Below are positions 47,889 through 56,006 of a DNA stretch of 64,000 nucleotides, in pieces. This DNA comes from an uncultured Bacteroidales bacterium (GTDB taxonomy: Bacteria; Bacteroidota; Bacteroidia; Bacteroidales; JAGOPY01): assembly GCA_964619555.1 (NCBI GenBank), contig CAZUDV010000004.1:4911-68910 (forward strand), read 5' to 3'. The first letter of the stretch is position 1. The number at the start of each line of letters is the position of its first letter. The translations under genes were made by a program, and so were the position numbers. The notes under the pieces are model-generated. The model was not told where the DNA came from. It ran no database searches and was given only the letters and a program-made list of their open reading frames with translations.

Positions 47889-50780
47889 TTATAGTTTTAT
47901 GATCTTCTTCCCAATCGTTTGATTTTGAAGAGATATTCGGATGAAATAGATGCCGGATGGTAAATTGCTTATGTCGATTTCAAGTGCTGAATTGTTCAAT
48001 TGTTCAATTGTTCGATTGTTATTTGATATCAGCACCTTTCCATATATATCTATCAACTCTAAACTTTTCAACTCAACTTTACTCTTTGAACTTTGCACTT
48101 TGAACTCCCCTCTGGTGGGGTTGGGATACAGCACGACCTCCGGCATCTCCCGCTCGCTCACTGCCGTGGTGATATCCACCGTCACCACCCAGTCCTTCAC
48201 CGTCTGTCCGTTTTCCGAGGTGACCGTGTAGGTGAATGGGCTGGAGAAGTTTTGCATGGTCCCGCCGGGGGGATCGATGCTGGCAGCGGCGGATATAAAC
48301 ACGTCCGGGATGAGCTGGGTCAGGTCCGTGCCTTCAGCCACGATGGCATGGACAGTCTGCGCGGGGATATTGATTTCCGCCGGTTGCACCTGTTGGTCCA
48401 GTACAAAGTCAAGGATGTCGGCGCCACCGGCCGGGAAACCCTCGAGGAGGCCGTAGCGGTAGAGCGAGCCGTTGTTTCCAATCGCCCAGGCATGGTGCCC
48501 GTCGACGGCGAAAATATCCGTCAGCCAGGCATCGGCGAGGTGGTCGGCATGGAAATGCACCGTGTCCGCATTGGCGCTTGAAGACATCAGGATATCCCCT
48601 CCGTTAGTTACTGCCCAGACAGAGTCCATGTCCAGGGTAAAAACGCCCTGGATACTTTGTAAGGTATCTTCATACAAGTGCTGGAACAGCCCATTTCTCA
48701 GTCGGAGAAGCTCCCCTCCATAACTCAGCCAGGCCTGTTCGGGGGCGTTGAATTGCACATCCCCGAAGCATGGGAAATACTGCGCCCCGCCGTAAAAGGT
48801 CCAGGTTCCGCTGTCAAAGATCATTTTCCGGCCAAAGCAGCCGGTGGCCCAACCGTAGTCACCGGAGCCAAAGGAGATGGCGTCCCAGTCGGTGTAGGTG
48901 CCGGTATTCTGGGGAGCCAGGCCTGTTCCCGTTATTTGGGCCAGCCAGCCTTCAGCGCATCCGCACCAGCCCAAATTATCATCAGGTGAAAATCCGATGC
49001 TAAGGATCTGGGAAGGCACCACACCAAAGAAGTTCCAGTTTTGACCGCCGTCAGTGGTTTTACAGAGCAATCCGCTTTCACCGCCGGCATAGCCGGTTTC
49101 GGAAGACAACATGTAAATGGCATGGTTTTCCCCCAATGTGGTCTGCACATCCCAGGTTTCTCCGCCATCCGTAGTGTGGTAGATTTCCTTGTAAAAGCAG
49201 CTGTTGGTGATCCATCCCTCGTTGCCGATAAACCAGAGGCCGGAGAGGCAGCCGCCGGCAGCACCACCGACCGGGAACAGGTTCTCGCTGATATCCACCC
49301 AACCGTAGGCACGGGTATAGGTGGCATCGAAGTTACAGGTAGAGTTGCTGTAGTTCAGGCTGACGTTGCAACTCCTGGGATCGAAATGAGCGTATTTATG
49401 AGTTGGAGTTACAGAGTAATTCCCGTTCGGCAGATGGTTGAATTCATACTCCCCGTTGAGGTTGGTGCGGATGAAGCCGCTGATGGGGCCGCTCAGGTGA
49501 ACCTCTGCCCTGGGATAGGGATTGCCGTCAAGGGTGATGGTTCCATTGATGGAAGAAGTGGGCAGCAGGGTGTTGTCGGTCCGCACGGGCCAGACATGCC
49601 AGTCGGCCGTTTTCAGATACTGCAGCCTGTTGCCGCCGCCCATCATCCCGTCGGAGAACCAGACCATCCAGGCCTGGTCCGTTTCGTCAGCACGGGTGGT
49701 GGAGGTCCAGTATGCCTGGTCAAAGTTGAAACCAGTAACATTGACAAAAGGATATTTTTCCGGCATCGCAGGATTGCTCCGGCTGATGTCCACCAGGCTG
49801 GTCATCTCGTTGCGGTTGGGCATGCGCCAGTCGTTGTGGCCCAGGTAGTTCTCCGAGTTCAACAGGGCAATATAATCCAGCGCATGCTGCCAGTTAATGG
49901 CGCCGTCGACCCACTGGTTGGTGTCGAAATCCGGGTCGCGGGTGAGCATCAGGTTGGCGTCCTTTGTCCACATCAGCCCGGTGAGGCGGTCGGTGACGGT
50001 ACCGTTGTTGTTGTCGACGAGCCGAGGCGTGGGCCAGGCTGTCCCTTCCGCCAGGAACCCATCATCGCCCGGATAAAAGGTGTATTGCTGGCCTGTTTTT
50101 GGGTTTTGAAGCGGCCCCGGATTTCCGCTGTCACGAACGGGAAGAAGGTAGTACTTCCAATTGGTGCTTCCGGTCATGTCAGGATCTTTTGCAAAATCCT
50201 CCGTTTCCCCGGCAGGATTGGTGATGTTGGAATGGGCGTAGTGCTCCCGGAGCATGATAGTGATAGCCAGACTGCGCATTTGCTCTGAGGTGGTCGAACT
50301 CCAGTATACGTCTTTCAGGTTGATAAAAGGATGATCCGGTGGAAGTGCAATTTCGGGGTACCGCAGGTTAACGAGCGATTTCATTTCCACCATATTCGGC
50401 ATGCGCCAATCGTTGTGCCCGAGGTAATTGTCATTATTAAGCAGTACCACGTAATCCAGGGCAGTCTTCCAGTCGATGTCGCCGTCGCCCGGGGTGCGGT
50501 CCTGGTCAAAATCCGGGTTTCGGGTGGCGATCAGGTTGCCATCTTTCACCCACATCAGGCCGGTGAAGGCATCCGTGATGGAGCCGTCGCCGTTGTCTGT
50601 GAATCGGTTGGTTGGGATGGGAACGCCCTTTTGCAGGTCGCCGTCATCACCGGGGTAATAGCTGGTGGTTTGGCCGGTGGCGGGGAGCTGGATTGTGCCC
50701 TGCTGGCCCAGGACATAAGGCGTAGGGCATAGGGCTAAGAGCAGCATTGCGGCTTGCAGCTTGAGGCTTTTGTGTTTCAT
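47889..50780 (-). CDS. T9SS-sorted fusion protein: 2x DUF1566 (Lcl C-terminal-like) + CarboxypepD_reg-like + BNR/Ycf48-like propeller + Ig-like + CTD
   Basis: ATG at 50780 gives MKHKSLKLQAAMLLLALCPTPYVLGQQ. DUF1566 signatures occur twice: TGLMWVKDGN ... HNDWRMPNMVEMKSL and TGLMWTKDAN ... HNDWRMPNRNEMTSL. Also INGTITLDGNPYPRAEVHL ... NGEYEFNHLPNGNYSV, Asp-box-like motifs TTDGGETW and TTDGGQNW, and the shared CTD. Confidence 0.85.
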   Translation of the reverse strand: MKHKSLKLQAAMLLLALCPTPYVLGQQGTIQLPATGQTTSYYPGDDGDLQKGVPIPTNRFTDNGDGSITDAFTGLMWVKDGNLIATRNPDFDQDRTPGDGDIDWKTALDYVVLLNNDNYLGHNDWRMPNMVEMKSLVNLRYPEIALPPDHPFINLKDVYWSSTTSEQMRSLAITIMLREHYAHSNITNPAGETEDFAKDPDMTGSTNWKYYLLPVRDSGNPGPLQNPKTGQQYTFYPGDDGFLAEGTAWPTPRLVDNNNGTVTDRLTGLMWTKDANLMLTRDPDFDTNQWVDGAINWQHALDYIALLNSENYLGHNDWRMPNRNEMTSLVDISRSNPAMPEKYPFVNVTGFNFDQAYWTSTTRADETDQAWMVWFSDGMMGGGNRLQYLKTADWHVWPVRTDNTLLPTSSINGTITLDGNPYPRAEVHLSGPISGFIRTNLNGEYEFNHLPNGNYSVTPTHKYAHFDPRSCNVSLNYSNSTCNFDATYTRAYGWVDISENLFPVGGAAGGCLSGLWFIGNEGWITNSCFYKEIYHTTDGGETWDVQTTLGENHAIYMLSSETGYAGGESGLLCKTTDGGQNWNFFGVVPSQILSIGFSPDDNLGWCGCAEGWLAQITGTGLAPQNTGTYTDWDAISFGSGDYGWATGCFGRKMIFDSGTWTFYGGAQYFPCFGDVQFNAPEQAWLSYGGELLRLRNGLFQHLYEDTLQSIQGVFTLDMDSVWAVTNGGDILMSSSANADTVHFHADHLADAWLTDIFAVDGHHAWAIGNNGSLYRYGLLEGFPAGGADILDFVLDQQVQPAEINIPAQTVHAIVAEGTDLTQLIPDVFISAAASIDPPGGTMQNFSSPFTYTVTSENGQTVKDWVVTVDITTAVSEREMPEVVLYPNPTRGEFKVQSSKSKVELKSLELIDIYGKVLISNNNRTIEQLNNSALEIDISNLPSGIYFIRISLQNQTIGKKIIKL

Positions 50781-50796
50781 TATTGAGTTTTTCTTT

Positions 50797-50895
50797 ACCA
50801 CAATAGGCACAATAGGGCACATGGGAGGCACAATAGAATTTTAAATTTAGAATTATTCTATGTGTTTTCTATGTGTTCTATGTGACTATGTGGTT
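50797..50895. repeat. relative of the ~100-nt palindromic element (arms kept, core replaced by AT-rich aattttaaatttagaattatt)
   Basis: Left arm: accacaataggcacaatagggcacatgggaggcacaatag. Right arm: ctatgtgttttctatgtgttctatgtgactatgtggtt. Confidence 0.65.
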
Positions 50896-50900
50896 AATAT

Positions 50901-52214
50901 TCATAACTTAATGATTTTCTTTACGATCGTCTGATTTTCAAAGTTTATTCGGATGAAATAGATGCCGGAATGTAAATTGCTTATGTCGATTTCAAGTGCT
51001 GAATTGTTCAATTGTTCAATTGTTCGATTGTTATTTGATATCAGCACCTTTCCATAAATATCTATCAACTCCAAACTTTGAAACTCAACTTTGCCCTTTA
51101 CCCTTTGGACTTTGAACTCCCCGGTGGTGGGGTTCGGCCATAATTTCACGCTCTCATTCTCCCATTCTCCCGGTCCCCCGGTCTCCTCTTCCCCGCTCAC
51201 CGCCCCGTATTTCAGCAGGATCTTTTCTCCTCCGTAAATAAATCCATTGTTTGGAGAGGTGAAACGGACGCCATTGAGGAACCCGTTGGTCAGGGTATGC
51301 TCCAGCCTGATCCAGTCCGTGCCGCCGTTGCCGGTGTGGAATATCTGCGCAACCGAGCCCACGGCCCAGCCATTGTTCTCATCATTGAAAAAGACCCCCG
51401 TCAGCGCACCTTCAAGGACGGTATTCACCGAGGTGGTGTACCAGTCAATCCCTACTTCTGTTTTTAGGAACCGGTCACCGACGCACCAGCCAAGGTCATC
51501 CGTCAGAAAGAAAAGCCAGCCCTTTCCCGCATAAGGGTAACTTGCCTCCACATGCCATTCCCCATCCATGAAATAGATGATCATTTGATAATCAAGTATG
51601 GCGTAGCCTCTTTCGACGGAAGGGAAATCGATACAGTAAACATTCCCGGCCAGCCCCAGGTCGAACGGGAAGACGCCTTCCGGCGTGATTTGCGCCATTT
51701 TCCCATTCTTGCCGCCTGCATACCCGTTTTGTGCCGGTCGGGGCGGAAATCCCAGGTCGTAAAGATAAGCACCCAGGTGCCCGTGGTAATTCCAGGTCTG
51801 GCAACCGTCTTCAGTCCGGTAAATCATACCGTTGGTGGCACCGAGATAGCCGGTGTTTTCATCGACCATGTAAATATCCGCCGAAGCCAGGGGAGCATCA
51901 TGAGCGGTCCAGGTCTGCCCGCCGTCAATTGTTTCCAGCACTGCTGACTGCTCTCCGTCGAAAGGATGATTGGTACAGATCCAGCCGTGGTTGTCGTCGA
52001 TGAACGTTAACCCGCTGATGTTGGCGATGATTGTATCGGCTCCGTTGTTGATGATGACAGTGTCGTTGTTGAAATCGGGCAGGTTGGCGGTAATGTTGGT
52101 CCAGCCGTACTGCTGCGCAAATAGTGAACAGTGAAGGGTGAGCAGTGAAGCGAGGATTAGCAATGAAGTGTGAAGGGTGAAGTGGGAGGCGGGATGCTGA
52201 ATTATTGGTTTCAT
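50901..52214 (-). CDS. T9SS-sorted Ycf48/BNR-like beta-propeller protein
   Basis: Signal region MKPIIQHPASHFTLHTSLLILASLLTLHCSLFAQQ. Motifs ETIDGGQTW, RTEDGCQTW and HTGNGGTDW, plus the shared CTD. Confidence 0.85.
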   Translation of the reverse strand: MKPIIQHPASHFTLHTSLLILASLLTLHCSLFAQQYGWTNITANLPDFNNDTVIINNGADTIIANISGLTFIDDNHGWICTNHPFDGEQSAVLETIDGGQTWTAHDAPLASADIYMVDENTGYLGATNGMIYRTEDGCQTWNYHGHLGAYLYDLGFPPRPAQNGYAGGKNGKMAQITPEGVFPFDLGLAGNVYCIDFPSVERGYAILDYQMIIYFMDGEWHVEASYPYAGKGWLFFLTDDLGWCVGDRFLKTEVGIDWYTTSVNTVLEGALTGVFFNDENNGWAVGSVAQIFHTGNGGTDWIRLEHTLTNGFLNGVRFTSPNNGFIYGGEKILLKYGAVSGEEETGGPGEWENESVKLWPNPTTGEFKVQRVKGKVEFQSLELIDIYGKVLISNNNRTIEQLNNSALEIDISNLHSGIYFIRINFENQTIVKKIIKL

Positions 52215-52232
52215 GGCTGAGTTATTTTTTCA

Positions 52233-52331
52233 ACACATAGACACATAGGGCACATAGGAAGCACAATAGAGTTCTATCCCGCCCATGGTGGGACAAGTTG
52301 TGTAATCTTTGTGTTCTATTGTGCCTATTTG
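52233..52331. repeat. ~100-nt palindromic intergenic element, orientation 1
   Basis: acacatagacacatagggcacataggaagcacaatagagttctatcccgcccatggtgggacaagttgtgtaatctttgtgttctattgtgcctatttg, with a central 7-bp GC hairpin tcccgcc cat ggtggga. Confidence 0.8.
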
Positions 52332-52339
52332 TTTAATTG

Positions 52340-54796
52340 TCATTGTTTAATTATCTTTTTCACGATCGTTTGGTCTTCAATAGATATCCGGATAAAATAG
52401 ATACCTGAGGGCAAATTACTAATATCCAACTGCAGGATTTCATTGTTCAATTGTTCTATTGTTCTTTTGTTATAGATTTCCAGCACTCTTCCATTTATAT
52501 CCACCAACTCAATAACTCCAGATCCAAGATTGTAAATTGTAAACTGTAAATTGTAAATCCCTCTTCCCGGATTGGGAAACACCTCCACACTTGTAAGCCC
52601 GGGTCCCCCTGAAACATTGGGATCTGGTGCCTGTATCCCCGTATATCCCTCTTTGATGGTAACCCCAACTGATTCTCTCCCATCGGTTTCACAAGTGAAA
52701 ACACCGTACCATTCCTGGCTTACCGGAACGTTCCAGGTCAGGTATTGCGATGTTTCCCCTTCAAAAGCCGATGAATCCAAAATAGTATCGTTAAAATACC
52801 ATTGATAGGATGACCAGCCGTCAGGAGCTTTAAAAACCACCGTGCTTTCGATGGGTTTACTCCCGATCAGTTCTATAAGCAGATTGCCGCCGGTCTCAAC
52901 CTGCAGGAGTCTATTCATCCATTCTCCATCATTGACGATATTCCCGGTGACATACAACCTTAACATCCCGGATCCAAAATCCCGAATCAGTCCGAAATTC
53001 GTCACGTTACCATATATGGGAAGATCAAAGTATTTAGAACCTCCTCCAAAGGTATTGGATTGCATCGTGTCATTGATGATGACCGGGCAAAGGATTGTAT
53101 TGAGATCATCAATACTAACGGTTCCCTCCAGGGTAAGCTGTGTCGTGGATGATACGTTATTCAAACAGCCTCCCTTCAGCTTTGCTTCATCCAGTGTGCC
53201 GTTCCATAAAGTACCATCCATTTTCAGTTCTTTATTTCCCATCACCAGGCTGTTTCCGTTCAAGTTGAAATTTCCGGTAAAGGCCAGGTCGGAACCGGCA
53301 AAATTCGTACTCATGATTTCCGAATCTATGAATTCACCACCGAATGTTTTTCCTTCCAATAATGTGATCGTTTGATGCCCCGTTCCGTTCAGGATTGTTT
53401 CAGCAGGTTCCCACATTCCATGGTTATTAATGTCACCAGTGATTTTCAACCTGAGGCGATCATCAATGTCGTTGATTATCCATCCGTTATTGATTAAATC
53501 GCCTTCAACCTGAAGATCGTAATATTTAGTCCCACCCCCAAATGAATTGGCCTGAAGGGTGTCATCAACAGTCACCTTGTTGCGGAATACATTGTTATCG
53601 TCGACCGTCACTTTACCATTGATAATAAGGTTATCGATGCTTTCTATATTCTGCAGTATTGCCCTGTTTAATTTGATATTATTGATATATCCGTCAAAGA
53701 GCCGACCGGTCAGGTACAGCGTGTGTCCCAGGCCTTCAAGCGCAGATCCTTTGAGCTCGAAGTTTCCCAGGCATTGAATATCAGAATTCATGCAGATTTT
53801 GCTTTCAGGATCCAGGTCGGTGAAATTGCTCTCGAAAGGGTTTCCCTCCATATATTGGTCATTGTTCCCGATGAAGGCCACGAATCCACAGGTCCAGCTA
53901 CCGTTATTGATAATGTTCCCTGTGATAAGAATATGCAGATAATCGCCCTCTTCTTCATGATCCCTTACCCAGCCGTTATTGGTTAGATTTCCGTTAATCT
54001 TTAGTTTCATCATGCCTGTGCCTCCGCCAAAATAATTTGCCTGCAGGGTATCGGTGACAGTAATATTGCCTGCGAAGAAAAGGGTGTCTGTTGAATGATG
54101 GCTGACCCGGAAAGTCCCTGCAATTTCGAAATCTCCCGCGATAGTTCCCCCGTAGATGATCGTACCAATTGCTTTGATCCTGTGATTTCCCATATCCAGG
54201 GTGGCGCCCCCAAGGTTAAAATCTCCCAGGTAACTTTCACCGCTATGATAATATACTCCGTCGTATGTGAAATCCGTTTCCGAAACCAGGGAAGTGCCTG
54301 ACATGGCTGTGATCCATCCTCCGAATATGTTTCCGGGGCCAAGCACCAGCTTTTGAATACCTGATCCGGTGAAATGGGTAGCATGCGGACGATAGTTGCT
54401 AAAATTTGAAAGGTCCCCGGATATCGAGATATCGACATATTCGTTGCCATTGGCCACGTTTCCGTAATTGATCAGGTGTCCTGAAACGAAAAGCTGAAAG
54501 GTGGCCAGGCCTCCGCCGTAATCCTGGGCGGTCAGCATGGCGCCGGGATCAATGGTAATCTGTGCACACCAACTGTGATAGATGTTATACCAATCAACAT
54601 GACCGATGGTTACCGTGGCTAATTGGGAGATCACCACAGTATCCCCTTCTCCAGGGATCAAACCCTGCATCCAGGTGCTCGTGGAATCCCAGCAGCCGCC
54701 ACTTGAGGTTGAATGAATAATGATCGCATTGGTCCGGGTGATAAAGACATTTACCAGCATAAAGACCAGACTGATTTTGATAATGATTTTTTTCAT
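52340..54796 (-). CDS. T9SS-sorted repetitive (beta-helix-like) protein with about 4 long internal repeats
   Basis: ATG at 54796 gives MKKIIIKISLVFMLVNVFITRTNA. Recurrent units: TDTLQANYFGGGTGMMKLKINGNLTNNGWV, DDTLQANSFGGGTKYYDLQVEGDLINNGWI, NDTMQSNTFGGGSKYFDLPIYGNVTNFGLI; and GDFNLGGATLDMGNHRIKA, GNFELKGSALEGLGHTLYL, GNFNLNGNSLVMGNKELKM. CTD variant: VFPNPGRGIYNLQFTIYNL ... LPSGIYFIRI ... KKIIKQ. Confidence 0.8.
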   Translation of the reverse strand: MKKIIIKISLVFMLVNVFITRTNAIIIHSTSSGGCWDSTSTWMQGLIPGEGDTVVISQLATVTIGHVDWYNIYHSWCAQITIDPGAMLTAQDYGGGLATFQLFVSGHLINYGNVANGNEYVDISISGDLSNFSNYRPHATHFTGSGIQKLVLGPGNIFGGWITAMSGTSLVSETDFTYDGVYYHSGESYLGDFNLGGATLDMGNHRIKAIGTIIYGGTIAGDFEIAGTFRVSHHSTDTLFFAGNITVTDTLQANYFGGGTGMMKLKINGNLTNNGWVRDHEEEGDYLHILITGNIINNGSWTCGFVAFIGNNDQYMEGNPFESNFTDLDPESKICMNSDIQCLGNFELKGSALEGLGHTLYLTGRLFDGYINNIKLNRAILQNIESIDNLIINGKVTVDDNNVFRNKVTVDDTLQANSFGGGTKYYDLQVEGDLINNGWIINDIDDRLRLKITGDINNHGMWEPAETILNGTGHQTITLLEGKTFGGEFIDSEIMSTNFAGSDLAFTGNFNLNGNSLVMGNKELKMDGTLWNGTLDEAKLKGGCLNNVSSTTQLTLEGTVSIDDLNTILCPVIINDTMQSNTFGGGSKYFDLPIYGNVTNFGLIRDFGSGMLRLYVTGNIVNDGEWMNRLLQVETGGNLLIELIGSKPIESTVVFKAPDGWSSYQWYFNDTILDSSAFEGETSQYLTWNVPVSQEWYGVFTCETDGRESVGVTIKEGYTGIQAPDPNVSGGPGLTSVEVFPNPGRGIYNLQFTIYNLGSGVIELVDINGRVLEIYNKRTIEQLNNEILQLDISNLPSGIYFIRISIEDQTIVKKIIKQ

Positions 54797-54811
54797 GGCT
54801 GATATTGTTTT

Positions 54812-54916
54812 CACCACATTAGGCACATAAATCACATAGATTACACAACTTGTCCCGCCATGGGCGGGATAGAAATCTATTGTGCCTCCTATGTGCCCTA
54901 TTGTGTCTATGTGGTT
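54812..54916. repeat. ~100-nt palindromic intergenic element, orientation 2 (reverse complement of 52233-52331)
   Basis: The reverse complement reads ccacatagacacaatagggcacataggaggcacaatagatttctatcccgcccatggcgggacaagttgtgtaatctatgtgatttatgtgcctaatgtggtg. The central hairpin is tcccgcc atg ggcggga at 54853-54869. Confidence 0.8.
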
Positions 54917-54921
54917 AATAT

Positions 54922-55995
54922 TCATAACTTAATGATCTTCTTCACGATCGTCTGATTTTCAAAGTTTATTCGGATGAAATAGATGCCGGATGGTAAATTG
55001 CTGATGTCGATTTCAAGTGCTGAATTGTTCAATTGTTCAATTGTTCTATTGTTATTGATCTTCATGACATTTCCATAAAGATCAATCAACTCTGAACTTT
55101 GACACTCAACTCTGCCCTTTGCCCTTTGAACTTTGAACTCCCCTGTCGTTGGGTTCGGCCACACGTAAAGTCCGCCATCAATGGATGCCTTACGGATACC
55201 AACCGGCACACCAGACGGGATCAATTCGGGATTTCCTTCCGAATCGGCATGGTTTTGCCAGACGGAAAGGTCCCTGAAATCATCCGCCCCGTCCCCTTCA
55301 TTCCCCAGGTCCTCAAACTCATCAAACCGGTAATATGCTACCAGGCCGCTATCGGTTGTAGTGTAATATTCGGCAGCGAGAGGATTGTTCATGATGTGTG
55401 CCACATGAACTTCTTTCAGCGCCCGGTTCCAGATGCTCAATTCATCCATGGGGCCCTCTATCAGTTGCGACGCGCTCCTGCGGGCTATGATCAGGTCGCT
55501 GGTATTGCTGACACTGGGCCAGGATCCATAGAAATAGGAGTGGATAAAATCCACTTCCACACCATCGACAAACACCACGATACCATTTTCATCCTTGTCG
55601 GCAACAATGACGATGTGATGCCAGTTACCGTCGATAAACTCGTTTGTTGTATTTCCGCTCCTCTCCGACAGGCCCGAGTTTTCTATGTAGTTAACCCGGA
55701 TCCTTTTGCCCGGTACCGGATTGTGCGGGTCGTCCATCGCAAAGCCATAGGAATACTGCGTATACGGATCGGAGGTCAGCCTTTTCATAACGAATGGGGC
55801 GACCTGGTTTTTGTCGGCGGCCTTAATCCATAATGCAACCGACCAGCTACCATCCGCAGGATTTAAGCTTTCGTGATGGGGGACAAATGCGTAATCATCG
55901 ATTCCGTCGAGGTTCACACATTTTCCAAATCCCTGGGCAGACAGGCTTCCTATAAAGGAAAGGCAAAGAGTGAACAGAGTGATTGATTTTTTCAT
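54922..55995 (-). CDS. T9SS-sorted LamG (concanavalin A-like lectin) domain protein
   Basis: Signal MKKSITLFTLCLSFIGSLSAQ. LamG_3-like: VNLDGIDDYAFVPHHESLNPADGSWSVALWIKA ... DELSIWNRAL. Has the shared CTD. Confidence 0.85.
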   Translation of the reverse strand: MKKSITLFTLCLSFIGSLSAQGFGKCVNLDGIDDYAFVPHHESLNPADGSWSVALWIKAADKNQVAPFVMKRLTSDPYTQYSYGFAMDDPHNPVPGKRIRVNYIENSGLSERSGNTTNEFIDGNWHHIVIVADKDENGIVVFVDGVEVDFIHSYFYGSWPSVSNTSDLIIARRSASQLIEGPMDELSIWNRALKEVHVAHIMNNPLAAEYYTTTDSGLVAYYRFDEFEDLGNEGDGADDFRDLSVWQNHADSEGNPELIPSGVPVGIRKASIDGGLYVWPNPTTGEFKVQRAKGRVECQSSELIDLYGNVMKINNNRTIEQLNNSALEIDISNLPSGIYFIRINFENQTIVKKIIKL

Positions 55996-56006
55996 TATTG
56001 CAATTT

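Noticed and set aside
49041-50288. 415-aa ORF (plus several 60-160-aa ORFs) antisense to the DUF1566/propeller gene
   Set aside because: The minus strand encodes clear DUF1566 and Asp-box motifs and the T9SS tail. The antisense ORFs reflect the lack of stops in GC-rich antisense frames.
52233-54916. Claiming a bona fide recombinase-driven invertible promoter (shufflon / fin-like switch)
   Set aside because: No tyrosine or serine recombinase gene is present in the window. I see the two orientations at two different loci, not at one locus. No clear Bacteroidetes TAnnTTTG -7 box was found inside the element. It is kept only as one hypothesis to test.
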